Source of the DNA: Thalia democratica
Lineage: Eukaryota
DNA length: 64,000 bases
Direction: 5' to 3'
NCBI GenBank assembly: GCA_965202585.1
Contig: OZ241827.1
Coordinates: 86,490,001-86,554,000, forward strand
The notes under the pieces: model-generated
Told to the model about the DNA's origin: nothing
Seen by the model: only the letters and a program-made list of their open reading frames with translations
Database searches by the model: none
Shown here: piece after piece, positions 13,279 to 26,329 of the stretch
Position numbering within the stretch: the first letter of the stretch is position 1
Layout: each line of letters begins with the position of its first letter
Made by a program: the position numbers and the translations under genes

Positions 13279-13685
13279 CAGGGTTTCTACTCAAGCTGAT
13301 TTAACCCTAAAAAATAACATGTAAAAACTAGGAATTTGATAAATTTTGAAAAAATTCTGGAAAAACCTGGAATTGTGAATAAAACTGAGTAAAAAACCTT
13401 AAAAGTTTTTTTTAACAATTTTTGGATGTTAAATAGAAAATTTTGATTTGACACCAAAAATTTACCATGGCAATAAAAAAAATTGTCATCATTAATTTCT
13501 TCATATTAGAAACACATTTAAAGTAGCTTTACAATATATTTCTAATGTTTTTATACTATTTGACACAGTTTCTTGCCTTAAACGTAACTTTAAACTAAAA
13601 ATAGACACAAAATCAAGTATTTTAAAAACCCTAGAAGAAATTTCAAAAACCTATAAAAATTTGCCAAAAGTCAGTGGCAACCCTG
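13279..13685 (+). mobile_element. MITE, CAGGGTTGCCA family
   Basis: CAGGGTTTCTAC ... GTGGCAACCCTG; its 3' part plus ~270 bp of flank is duplicated at ~14600-15095. Confidence 0.75.
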
Positions 13686-14491
13686 TGTTAAATAAAATGC
13701 TTGTGGTATTTTAATGATTTTTTGAGTAGTGAATATTAAAATAACTGCAAAATATAAAAGTTTAATCTCATTTCAATAAAATAATTTTTAGTTTATAGAG
13801 CTTGAAGCAACAATTCTGAAATAGGGTTGATTAAAAGTAAGATACTCAGTATAATTTAAAGTTTTTATAAACTCAGTGCAACTGAGGCTACTTTTTTTGT
13901 TAACAGGATGATTCAAGCCATTATAGTGGTATTTAAAAAGAAATTGGTTAATTTAGGTATTATCAAAAATCTCTAGTACTTATTTAAATCTCTAAAATAT
14001 GAATGAGATATTGTTGTTCAATATCTAATAATAAGATATTTTATAGCTAAATTTGTTCAAAAACTTAATTTTTATTGTTTTTAAAAAGTTTTTAGATTTA
14101 AATACAAATTATTCAAGAAGTATATAAAGGATTAAAAAATTCATGATAAATAAGTATTGTTTAATATTGTTTAATGTCACTAAGGACAGATTTAATTGAG
14201 TTTGCCAAGCACAAAAGATATCTCAGGATAAATTTAGTATGTATGGGTAGTTTTTTGTATTTAATAAATGACAATCCTGTTAACTGTAAAACTGATTAAA
14301 GATTAAAGACTCTTATAAAGTATAGCTATTTAAAAACAAGTAGTTCTAAATAATGTTCAAGTTTACCTAAAGTTTAGCTTGTTAGTTTTATTATTGATTA
14401 CCTGAAGTCATTCTTAGAGTCTACCATTTAAAAAAAAACTGAAATTAGAGTCACAAATATATTGTTTAACAAAAAACTACACCTATGTTAA

Positions 14492-14826
14492 CAGGGTTGC
14501 CACTTTACCTGAAAAAGTCTGAAGTTTAAATATTTAGGCTATAAAAAATTAAAAAAAAAAACCTGTTTTTTTTTAAATTTTGAAAAAAAAACCTGGAATT
14601 TTGAACAAAAATCTTTTTAAAACCTGAATATGTTAACAATTTTTGCATGTTAAATAGAAAAATTTTGATTTGACACAAAAAATTTACCATGGAAATAAAA
14701 AATTTTTGTCATCATAAAGTTTTTTTTTATTAAAAAACACATTTAAAGTAGCTTTACAATATCTTTTTATTCTGGAAGAAATTTGAAAACCTGGAAAAAA
14801 TTTGCCAAAAGTCAGTGGCAACCCTG
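14492..14826 (+). mobile_element. MITE, CAGGGTTGCCA family, 6-bp TSD TGTTAA
   Basis: CAGGGTTGCCAC ... GTGGCAACCCTG with TGTTAA on both flanks. Confidence 0.85.
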
Positions 14827-15458
14827 TGTTAAATTAAATGCTTTTGGTATTTTAATGGTTTTTTGAATAGTGAATGGTAAAATAACCACAGTATATAAAA
14901 GTTTAATCTCATTTCAATAAAATCATTATTAGTTTATAGAGCTTGAAGCAACAATTCTGAAATAGGGTTGATTAAAAGTTAGATACTCAGGATAATTTAA
15001 GATTTTCATAAACTCAGTGTAACTGAGGCTAGTTTTTTTTTGTTAACAGGATGATTCAAGCCACTATAGTGGTATTTAAATAGAAATTGGTTAATATAAG
15101 TAAATTCAATTAAACTTAAATTGTTTTCAAGTTTCATTTATTTAAAGTTATTTATAAAAGTAACTTATATTTTTGAAATAGTGTTGTTATAACAGTGTTT
15201 TGTGGTTATTCTATATATTAGATACATTACTGAAACTGTCTTGTCTGGTTTTTATAAAGTAGCATCTTGTATTTCAATTCTAGATAACAATTAAATAAGT
15301 AAGTATTTAATTATGACTAGTAGTCCCAACAAATTAAGATACCAACATCCATGCCTTAAAAATTTGCAAAAATTTTAAAACATATACGTTAAATAAAACT
15401 ACCATAATATAAATTGAAATTATTTCAGAGCTGCAAATTAAGAACTAAAGAAAGTAAT

Positions 15459-18400
15459 ATGTTGCAACAACAAAACTCAAACACCTTAATGGTTTCCCAG
15501 GAACATTCCAAAAATTCACAGGAAAGTTCCCAAGTTACATCTGAAGTAACAATAGTAAGTTTTTATAATTTGGATTTTAATTTTCACATACACCTGCTTG
15601 ACATATAATTAATTTATTGGTTAAATGAAATAAAAGTTTCTAGACATTACTCAAACCAGGAGGCCATGAGGTTTATTATTAATTTTCTATTATAAGTTTT
15701 CATTGTGAGCATTTTTATCAGTAAAAGACTTATCACAAGCTATTGAATTTATAAATTATGCTATCAAAACTAATTAAGGTTGTAAAATAATAATTCTTTT
15801 CTAAATTGAGGAACATGCTTACTTGATAAATAATAATAAAGTTTAATTTTTGAAAATTTAGGTAGGTGGTTCCGACCAGTTGCCAAGTCCGACTTCCGTC
15901 AACTCAAAGAAGAGGCAAATGACCACTAATGATAAACTTCTGGTGAAAAAACCAAAGATGGACATTCTCTCTGTTGCCTGTGAACGCAGCGGCATCAAAA
16001 TAGCTGTAAGTTGAAAGTATTTAATCAACATGTCATTGCTTTTCATTTTTTGCTTTTTAGTACGGTACCCATAACTCAAGCAAGTCACACTCTTTAAGTC
16101 GAATAATACATGAAGTGAATAAATAATTGATAAGCAATTTTCAAATAGTAAATAAAATATTATGATCAGTCTAAGATAGACAATGTGTCTTTAATAATAG
16201 TAATTGTCTTATTGGTACTTTTTTTACTTTTTTGCCTAAAATAGTAAAAACTAAGTATAACTTAGAAAGCAATTTGTGTAACTTAAAATAAAAAACAAAT
16301 GTAACTCAGGTGGGTGGGGAAAGCAACGACAACCAGCAACCGAACCAGGACTTGGTTGACTTTTTAGTGCCAGGTGAAACTTTCCAACCCACACAAGATG
16401 ATGTTGTATACCTGGAGAACGTCAACGACCCAACTTCTGTTGTGGTTCCTATTACTCGTGACATTTTTGACAGGATGTGGGACAGTGAGATGAAGACCAA
16501 AAAGTCGCTCAAGATCGGATGGCTGGATGTGAGTTTTAAAATTATGATGACATTAAATTTGTTTAAAAAAAAAAACTTGATGTTAATTGTTCTTACTAAA
16601 TTAAGAACATAACTAGCAACAAACACTAAAAATTAAAGTAATGTCAATGCCTCTTAACAACTGAGCATTGAAAAAATAATTTTCCCTGGTAAAAAACGAA
16701 TGCCATAATTTTTTCGACACAGATCTTCCGCGAACTGACGTGCGGAAAGATCAAGAACTGCGAGCTGACAGATACAAGCAATTCTTTCTACTTAAAGAAG
16801 AAAAACATCATCAAGCTCAGGATGAAGTGCTTTACCTGCAAAACATGCCCCGTAAAGTTAGTGGATTTTAATATATAAAGTTTCATTAGAACAATATTCT
16901 ATTAATTATTTATTGATCACCTATAAATTAAAATTTTAAAATTTAAACTAAAAGAAATAAGATTTAATTAATAAACTAAAATTGATATCTTAGTTGTTTA
17001 AACGAGTAAATCATTGCTTTGTAATAAAATTTGAAAATATAAAGTGAAAATTTATATTCTGCAAATTAGTACCAAAAAGATTGAAATAGCTTTGGTCGTC
17101 AGTAATAAAATTTTTAATCACAATCAGTATAACTTGAAAAAAGTTCTTTACTGTTTTACTATATTTTTCTTTTTATTATATTATGATTTTTCACCTCGTT
17201 TAGTTTTATAAAAATGCAAATATATTTTTTTTACAGATGGGAAGGCATAGTTAACCCTGAATGGTTGATCCTTTGCAGGATTGGGACGCCCAAACACAAA
17301 AAAGGAGAAATCAGGAAATTGAGACTGAAGCCCCACCAGACCAGTGAGTGTATGCATGACTTTAAATAATTGTCTTTAACTGAAATAGTTTAGCTACTTT
17401 TTTGTCTTATAATTGGTTTAATGTTTGTTGTATTTCGTACAAACTTGTTTTGGTGTTCAGCACTTATTTTCTAATTTTCATCTGTTATCTTTTTTTCCAC
17501 TTTTTAAATTTATTAATGTGATGCATATTGAAATGTTAATGTTTGTACTGTTTGTAAATTAAAAATAAATAACACAATATTAACCATAAGGTAAATACAT
17601 CAGGCACAAATAATAACCACCCTTTTTTGTGAGACATTACCCATTTACTATTCAATATTACAACAATTCAACTTTAAGATATATTTTATTTCTTTTTAAT
17701 GTATGAAAAAGTGTTTTTTTTTTGTGCGTGTATTTCATTGAAGCAATAATTCAGTATTTTTTAATCGTTTTTTTTACTCTAATTATACTTTCTGTATGTA
17801 GTATTAAAAGTTAAATTTAAAATGCTTGTTTAATAGAAAAGAAATTAAGAACATTATAAATAAGAAACTTTTACACATACCAATTAGTAAGAAATTAACT
17901 TGTAAAGATAAGATGCTATAAAAATATTGAGCTAATAAATTCTTAATTTTTTTTGTAAAAATTAGTGATAATCTTTGAATTGGAAATTTTATTATCTCAA
18001 TTTTTAATATATCTATAGTTTGCCAATTTAGCAGCGTATAAGTTAGGATATGACAAACAAGTAACTAAATCAATTTAATATTTGATTTTTTTTTTCTGAC
18101 AGTTGTGGAAATATTATACTATTAACCATACTTGTCATAAAATGGTTTCACCTGTTTTATATTATTTAATACTAGATTTTAAAGTCAGTATGATAATAAG
18201 AAGTTGGGAAATTTAGAAAATACACTCTTTTCTTGAACTTATTTGTGCATGAATTTGTAATATTTATCGTGAACTTTTACATAAATAACTTATAAGCTTA
18301 ATATTAAAGATACCAACTGTATATAAGATAATAACTAAAAAACTAGATGAAAGTTGAAATAAAATAGACAGCTTAGATTTTTTATATTTCTTTAGTTAAG

Positions 18401-21400
18401 TAAATAAAATTACCCAAAATAACATTTTCGTAATCACTTTATCTGTGTTTTAGTTTTGTTTCTTGCTAATAAGTACCCCTAAACCACCTTATTAATTTTT
18501 TTTAATTTTCCTTCTTCATTTACTGTTAACATCTATAACCAAAAGTTATTATATTTGAGCAAATTAAGACAGTCATTCTATAATTGAAGTCATTAGTTTA
18601 AATTTTCTAGTAATCTTGTTTTCTTTTACCCTTTTGTTTTAGTTTTTTATATAACAATTCTTGGCTATAAAAATGTTTTTTTGATACTAATGTTGGAAAA
18701 TTTATATAATTATAATTTTCTAATGCTAATAAGGTAAAACACTTATACTAATTTCAATTGTTTCTAAATTCTGGCTTAGCTGGGATAATTTTTATTTTTA
18801 GGTTTTTCCAAAATCTCTCAATTTCTCTTCTGCGATATGTTTATTAGTGCTGATTTATATTTTCTGTCTTGTTGATAGCTATACTTAAACATGATATTTT
18901 TTATTTATAGTTGATTGCTGATAATTTGATAAGTGGTATAAAAAAGTAATTCCCCAAATTTTAAAGTTATTAATTTATTATTGATATTTAATAGAAATGA
19001 TCGGAGAAGCTCTAGAAAGTTCTAAAAGCTTGGAGGAAGTCAAGAAAAAGTTTTCAAAAAGTTTCGACCCTATGGCCTACAGAGCAGGTAACTATTATGA
19101 TAAACAATTTTTTGTTAGTTTATTAAATTATATGTTTTAATAAATAAGCATTATAAGTGAACAAAACCTGTCAAATTAGTAATTTCTGTACACTGAGTCT
19201 TGTGCAATATTAAACTTTTTTGATTCCTAATTTAAAATAAAAAGCATGTATTTTTGATAATAAATTATTACTTACCAAAATTTTTGTATATACTTTTAAG
19301 TATACAGTTTTTTTACGTGACTTATACTTTATAAAATACATATAAGATATCCATACATATTCATATAATACTGATATGAGACCACGTACATTAGTAATTT
19401 CGTAATGTATTACAAACAACTTATTTTCGCAGGCAACTTGAAGGGAGTTATCACAGACAGTCTACTTTCGGGAGTAAAGCAGCGTTATAAAGCTCAAAAA
19501 TCTAAACAGAAGAAAAACAAAGCGCAAAAGCAACCAGAGGTTAGTAATTCTACAAACTTTTACATAATTTATAACAAAAAGTACCAATTATGCATCACAT
19601 TTATTTAATAAGTTTATAGTATATATAAAAATGTAAAGTTTGTATAAGAAATAGCCGATTGAATTTTAAACATTACCATTTTTTAATTAAAATATTAAAA
19701 TATCAACATATAAAAAATTTAAAAAATAGGTTGATATTTTGGACCCTGCAATGAGTTCAGACGAAAACAACCGAAAGAGAAAATATCTGGATAATCCAGC
19801 AACTCCCAACAAAAAGTTGCGTAAATTAACAGTGAACGGAAAGAAAACAAAACCAGTTGCCAAAAACGTGGTTGGTTTTTGAATGTTTTTCTAAGCAAAT
19901 AACATTTCTGAGTTTTTATTATGCAAAGCTTAATACGTGAACTCTAATAAAAATAATATTTTTTTTTAAACCTGTAGACCAGTATCGTTCCATTTAAGAC
20001 ATGTAGACTTTAAAACTTCCTCTTTCAACCCAAGGTTCAAATGCAAAGCTTTTTGCCTTTTTCAATATTTCTTTTGCGCTTACTACTAAGTTGCCAAAAA
20101 ACCTGGGTTTGACAATTTAGGCTAAAAACCTGGAATTTTAAACAATCTGTACCTGTTACATTTAAGTTACCTTAAACTTAACTTTGAACTAAAATTAGAC
20201 CCAAAAATGTATACTTTTAAAAACCTGAAGGAAATTTTGAAAACTTAGAGAAAATTTGTCAAAAACATTTGGCAACCCTGTTACTACCAAAATCTAATGT
20301 GTAAATTAGATTTTAATAAATCTAAAGCAGTTATATAAAACTATCGAGCCTGTATACCGTAAAATTATTTTATTGTTTTTAAAACTCATTCAAATTTCTT
20401 AAGTGCTAAACTATTAAACATCGCAGGTTCAGATGCCGAGTTTTTTTCCGGCAGCTTTGCCATCGACCAATTCGATCAAACATTTACTGTCTTTGGCCAA
20501 TAGCAGCCGAGGATCAACTCAAAGCAAACCTCCGCTGCTGGTGGAAGTTGTGTGTGACGATCCGAACAACCCGAGAGTTTTGAACGAGGTATTTATTATT
20601 ACTTATTTAAATAATTTTTATTGATAAATATTTTAGAATACTAAAAATAACTTCAGTAGCATAGTTCAATTTTCATAAAAATAAAATATAACAATTGAAA
20701 ATGTTCAGTTTTAATTAATTGCATTAAGTAACATCTAGCTGTATACAATTAACTAAAGTGAAAATTTTCGTTAAAAGTAGTTGAACTTTTATGTAAAAAC
20801 AAACTAAAAATGTGTATAAGATCATTTTCATGATGCAAGTTATTTTCTACTTATTATTAATCTACAAACTTTAAAGCTAAGTAATAATTTTATTTTTTAA
20901 TGAATTACAGAACAGTAATGGTTGGAAAGAAAATTGTTTTTCATCGAACAAAAGCGTAGACGAGACGACAAAATACCAGCAATTAGTAAGACAAGACAAA
21001 GAATCTAGCCATTTGATATCTGAAACTATAAAAGAAGCTGCTCAGGTTTTTTGTTGTAGTTGATCATTTTAATTGTTATTAAAAGTTATTTTTAGAGCCA
21101 TAAAAAAACATTTTTAAGATTGTGATCAAGGAAAAAATAGTATTCTTTTAGTAAAAATCAATTTTTTAGTTGTTAGTAACTCTGCGTATTATATTTTTAT
21201 TGTTAAAGTTTTAAAGTATAATTGTGCCTTACAATACATTTTACTTCACAGAATATCTGCAAGCTGGTAGATAGAAAGATGAACAAGAAGAAACGAAATG
21301 AAGTGGAACAGTTGAAGAATGAACTGGAACGATGCCAGACCCGGTTCGGCACCATCAGCACCAACCAGCAGGTTGACATCGTTGGAGGACATAACTTGTT

Positions 21401-22681
21401 GCAAACAGCGCCTCCAACCGGACATTCGGGAGAGGTTGTGTACTACCGTCAATATTACAGAAACCTGATCAGCCAAACTGATCTAAACAACAAAATTGTG
21501 GCGACAAAACTGCTGAAGGAAATAAACCAACAATTGATGAGGCGAGACAGAGAGTATAGGAATTTAATAGCTGATACTAGAGAAGTAGCGTTTCAGGTAA
21601 GAACTACGGTTAACTTGATTTCGTAAAAAAAATTGAAAAACTTTTTGAAAACTTAGATTTTTTCAATTTTTACAACTATACAGTTATATACAATAGTTAG
21701 AACTTATGTAAAGATCAATAAAAATTAAATGTTAAAAAACTAATAGCTAACTTTTGAAAATTTTTCTGCTTTCCGTATCGTGTATTTTACTTAGTTTAAT
21801 CCGTAAAAAAACTTTTTTTGTTGTAACTGATCATTTTATTTTTAATATCAGTTATTTTCATAGCCATAAAAAATCATTTTTAAGATGTCATCAAGGAAAA
21901 AAAAATATGCCTTTAGGAAAAACCAATTTTCAGCTGTGAATAACTCTGCCTAGTACATTTTTTATTTTTAAAATTTTATAGTATACTGAATAGTTGTGCC
22001 TTACAATACATAACTACTTCACAGATCGTCTGTAAGCTGGAAGACAAGTACAAGAAGAAAAGGAAGACACGAAATGAAGAGAGAAAGTTGAAGAAAAAGC
22101 TGGAACAATGCCAGACTCTGTTCGGCACAATCAGCAACAACAAGCAGGTTGTAATCGTTGGAGGACAAAACTTTTTGCAAACAGCGCCTCCAACCGGAAA
22201 TTCGGGTGAGCTTGTGAACCAACCTCAATCCGACCGAAATAACCTGATCAGCCAACCTGAACAAAGCAACCTGATCAGCCAACCCGAACGAAGCAACCTG
22301 ATCAGCCAACCTGACCGAAACAACCTGATCAGCCAACCTGACCGAAACAACCTGATCAGCCAACCTGAACGAAGCAACCTGATCAGCCAACCTGAACGAA
22401 GCAACCTGATCAGCCAACCTGAACGAAGCAACCTGATCAGCGTAAACAACAATGAGGAGCAAAATTTCGAAATGTTCGACCTCGAGAACTACAACTTTGA
22501 CTTCGACTCTAACGGTGATCCTCAGGACACAGTTAGTTTAGAACGTGTTAGTTTGCTCGACTCTAACGTTGATCCTCAGGACACAGTTAGTTTACAAAAC
22601 GATGATCCTCTAGCCCCGGTTTTTTACGATCCTTGTACTGAAACGTGGTATAAATATTACTTATGTTGTATCGTCAAATAG
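15459..22681 (+). CDS. Intact multi-exon gene (paralog A), ~779 aa (797 with optional exon 3): transposase-derived (NOF-FB/MULE-like) Cys/His N-terminal domain, Lys-rich NLS-like segments, coiled-coil and 9-aa repeat tail
   Basis: All introns are GT..AG and the phases join without a stop: E1 15459-15554, E2 15862-16005, (E3 16061-16114 optional), E4 16310-16528, E5 16723-16856, E6 17237-17343, E7 18995-19087, E8 19433-19539, E9 19730-19870 (donor could be 3 nt earlier), E10 20427-20588, E11 20911-21045, E12 21252-21596, E13 22025-22681. The E5-E8 junctions are phase 2, 1, 1, 0 and stay open. Core: GWLDIFRELTCGKIKNC...KCFTCKTCPVKWEGIVNPEWLILCRIGTPKHKKGEIRKLRLKPHQTKMIGEALE...AYRAGNLKGVITDSLLSGVKQRY. 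The domain assignment is recalled similarity, not a search. Confidence 0.85.
20086..20280 (+). mobile_element. Short intronic MITE, CAGGGTTGCCA family, 6-bp TSD TTACTA
   Basis: Degenerate 5' TIR CTAAGTTGCCA, 3' TIR TGGCAACCCTG; TTACTA at 20080-20085 and 20281-20286. Confidence 0.75.
22234..22441 (+). repeat. Coding 27-bp tandem repeat x8 (NLISQP[E/D][R/Q][S/N])
   Basis: AACCTGATCAGCCAACCTGA(A/C)CGAA(G/A)C units in the last exon of paralog A. Confidence 0.95.
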
Positions 22682-23436
22682 TAGTTGTGGTATTATAGTA
22701 GATTTCTGTAGGATTCTAAATAAATTTCATCCACTATAGAATAACCTTGTGTAGTTTGAGTACAAATTGGTAAAAAATTATTGAAAATCAGCTGCATATT
22801 GCAAATTCAGCACTACGAAGCTTAAACTTTATATTATTTAGAATAATATTATCGAAAATAAGTTTTATGCAGTAGAATAAACATAAATAATAAAAAAACC
22901 TATGAAAATTTTAACTAACAGTCGCAGTAGCTAAGACTTCGAATTACCAATAATTGAATTAACTAAAAATTTTCTAAACTTACTTTACTATACCTATTCA
23001 ATCGTATCTAATGTAATTTTTTAACTTATACTATATGTTATGAAATTATAAATCAAACTAAAAGTTTTACTACTTAAAAATGATACAACTAACAAAACTA
23101 ACATTGCAAATTGGTACCGAATTTATATTAGTTTATTTCGGCTCGTTTTTTAGTTTTTTGTTATACTTATACAAGTTTTATTGTTTTTATAATTGGATGT
23201 TTCAAGTGCGGCATATCGAGTTCTATAGAATATTTTACTTAATCATTTTCGCTTATTTAGTATAGTTTATAAGCTCCTCACAGTGTTTGTTAAATTCATA
23301 TGTTACTTTTGTTTTTTTTATGTAATACATATTTCAATTATTTATTTAAAGAATTTTTTTTTTTTAAACTACCAACAAAAACAGTACGTTAATTAAATAT
23401 AATCGAAATATTAATATTGAAATAAGACTAATCTTA

Positions 23437-23786
23437 CAGGGTTACAAAAAAACTGGAATAACCTGGAATTTGACAATTTAGGCTAAAAAACTGGAATTTG
23501 AGAAATTTTGAAAAAAAAAATCCTAGAATTCTTAACAATTTTAACATTATGAGTAGTAAAATTCGAAATTGAAACAAAAATCTGTCGTATAAATAAAAAA
23601 AAAAGTTTTTATCATCAAAAATGTTTTATTGAAAAACAAATTTAAGGTAGCTTTACAGTATCTTTTCAATGTTTTTATAATTGGCACAGTTTTTTCATTT
23701 TAAGTTTACTATAAACTAAAAATTTACCTAAAATATGTACTTTTAAAAACCTAGAGAAAAGTTGCTAAAAACGTTTGGAAACCCTG
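23437..23786 (+). mobile_element. MITE, CAGGGTT family
   Basis: CAGGGTTACAAA ... TTTGGAAACCCTG; internal sequence like 3017-3439; no clear TSD. Confidence 0.7.
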
Positions 23787-23821
23787 GGTTATGATTAAAT
23801 TTGAGACTTATAAATATAAGT

Positions 23822-24440
23822 ACTGTCATTTTTATTACAGCTACTTCTGAGTTTCTGTCTGAAAAAATGTGTTTTGGAAATATAATAAAAACACCTTGTG
23901 CAAAAATTTTAATGATTTGAAAAACCTTTCACCTTGGCTCCAACCAATTTTCTTCAAACCACTCCATTGCAAAATGCAATCCAAAAAATACGATTTTCAA
24001 ATTTTTAGCTGAATTTTTTTTACATGTGGCCAATCATAACATGAACACAACATGAAAAATTTAAAACGGTTTAAAGAAAGTTTATTGGTGGCATTTCTTG
24101 TTTTAAGAAAAAAGAGCTATAAAGTTCAAGAAAACTAACAAAAAGTAAAAAAAAATACACAAAATCAAGAAATGCCACCATATTTTTTTTCAATCGCTTT
24201 AAATTGATTACAATGCATTTGTGTGATAATTAACCACGTGTAAAAAAAATTCAGCTTAAAACTCAAGGTCGCATTTTTTGGATCACATATATTTTGCACT
24301 GGAGTGGTTTTTAGAAAATAGGTTCGTGCCAATGTGAAAGTTTCTTCAAAGCATTTAAAATTTTGCACAGGGTGTTTTTATGATATTTCCAAAGCATAAT
24401 TTTTTTTCTAGAAAAATCAATGGTTGCTGTAATTATTAAG
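23822..24440. mobile_element. Foldback / long-TIR MITE-like element
   Basis: ~23830-24050 is an imperfect reverse complement of ~24235-24440 (e.g. AAACACCTTGTGCAAAAATTTT vs AAAATTTTGCACAGGGTGTTTT; AAACCACTCCA vs TGGAGTGGTTT). Confidence 0.7.
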
Positions 24441-24698
24441 CCCCCTAAAGTACGGCAATATTATATATATTTAATTATTTATACTATAAAATACAGTTTT
24501 ATACATATTTTTTTATGTGATAAGATTCTATTTTATATAATTTTTAGAAAAACTTGGCTTAAATTGAAATGTCTTACAGAATTTTAGAACTTTACAAATG
24601 TTATATATTTTATGAGTGAATTCACTCCTTAAAATATAAAAATTACAAAAATTCACTCAAAAAAATTATAACATTTGTAAATTTAGCATTAATATAAA

Positions 24699-24940
24699 CA
24701 GGGTTTCCAATCAACCTGGAAAAACCTCAAATTTTTAACATTTTTTCATGTAAGTAGTAAAATTTCGGTTTGTCACGAAAAATCTATTATAAATTTAAAA
24801 CATTATCATCTTCTATCATCAAAAATTTGTTTTATAAAATAAACATTTAAATTAGCTTATAATATATCTCATTGCTTTTATGCTATTTAACACAGTTTCT
24901 TACCTTATACTAAACTTTAAACTTAAAATAGACCCAAAAA
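24699..24940 (+). mobile_element. 3'-truncated MITE, CAGGGTT family
   Basis: CAGGGTTTCCAATCAACCTGGAAAAACC start; homology ends after AAAATAGACCCAAAAA. Confidence 0.55.
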
Positions 24941-25053
24941 TATAATAAAATAAAATTAATTATAATAGGTTATAAAAAAATATAATCACAAGTTTAAGAT
25001 TTTTATTAAACTATCAGTAAATTATGTTTATGTAAATTTGTTTTACTGGGGAG

Positions 25054-25939
25054 CAGGGTTGCCACTCGGTCAGGAAAAGACAGGAAAAATTTAAAAAAAT
25101 GACAAATGTCAGGTAAAAATAGGGGGTTTTGAAAAAAAGTCAGGAAATTTTATAAAATTAAAAAACAATTCAGTTTTGTCAGTTTAAATTTACAAAATGT
25201 CCTTGTTTTTCAAAGCCTTTAAATGGTAAAAATTGATTAAAAGTCCTTTAAAGTCGGAAAAAAAATCCAAAATTTTCCTTGAAATTTAAATAAATATTTA
25301 ATTTTATTTCTAATGCCTTCACCTGGTATAAATTAGTAAAATATCCTTTATAAAACTGCAAAAATTTTCTATTAACATATTGAACAAGTACCCTACTTGA
25401 ACAAGCAGATTTTTTAAGCTTTTTAGTATTGATGATCTGTAGCAAGGACACTTCCATAGTGAAACTGTGATATATAAACAAAAGTTTATCTAGCATAATT
25501 TTAGAATCAAAGTGTTTTTTGTTTAAGTAAATAATTGAGTTTTTTATAACTAAGTAGTTGTAAAAGTTCCTTATATGGCATTTGTTTATCTAGATACATT
25601 TATGCTAGGAAATGCTAAAAAATTGTGACTTTTTTCAGACAAGCTGTGTTTATAAGGTGATAATACAAGTATTTTGCTGATAGAGCTGTTTATTACAAAC
25701 ATGAATCATACACAGATGGTTTAAGTGATGTACTGGAAGTTTCATAGAATTCAGCAAAAAACTGTTGTTTTTAACATGTATTAAAAATAGATTGAAAGCT
25801 TTATATAGTTTTAAGTGTTAGATAATGTATTTTAGAATAAGTTTAATTTAGGAGTATGATTTAGAAAAGTCAGGAAAATTTTGGTAAAAAGTCAGGAAAA
25901 GTCAGGAAATTTTTCTCAGCTTGATCAGTGGCAACCATG
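25054..25939 (+). mobile_element. 886-bp non-autonomous element, CAGGGTTGCCA family, 6-bp TSD GGGGAG/GGGGAA
   Basis: CAGGGTTGCCACTCGGTCAGG ... CAGTGGCAACCATG; subterminal GTCAGGAAAA repeats at both ends. Confidence 0.8.
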
Positions 25940-26329
25940 GGGGAACGATTTGAAAAAAATTTAACATAGAATTTAGCTATATATAAAAAAAATCCTAATA
26001 TTTTTCAGCATTTAAATTTGCAATACTTTAATTTAAGATGTATCTGTCAGTTTTATATTTGGACTATTTGAATTTGATTTTACATAAATTGTAACGCATA
26101 CCAATAGCCATATATCCACTTAGTATTTATACTGCTGTTTTAGACGATTACAGGGCTGTCTGTTACTTGCTCAGACTAGTTTAAAGATTTCAATGCAAAA
26201 CTTAGACTAGTGTATACTTTATGTTTACATTTGTGTGTGTAATCTATAAAAAAACAAAACGAACTATATCTAAATTGAACGACTTTTTAATTTTGAACTG
26301 AATTCGTTTCTACGATAATTTATATAAAT

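Noticed and set aside
22019-22462. Minus-strand repeat ORFs (RLADQV.., IRLLRSGW..)
   Set aside because: Antisense shadows of the 27-bp coding repeat in exon 13.
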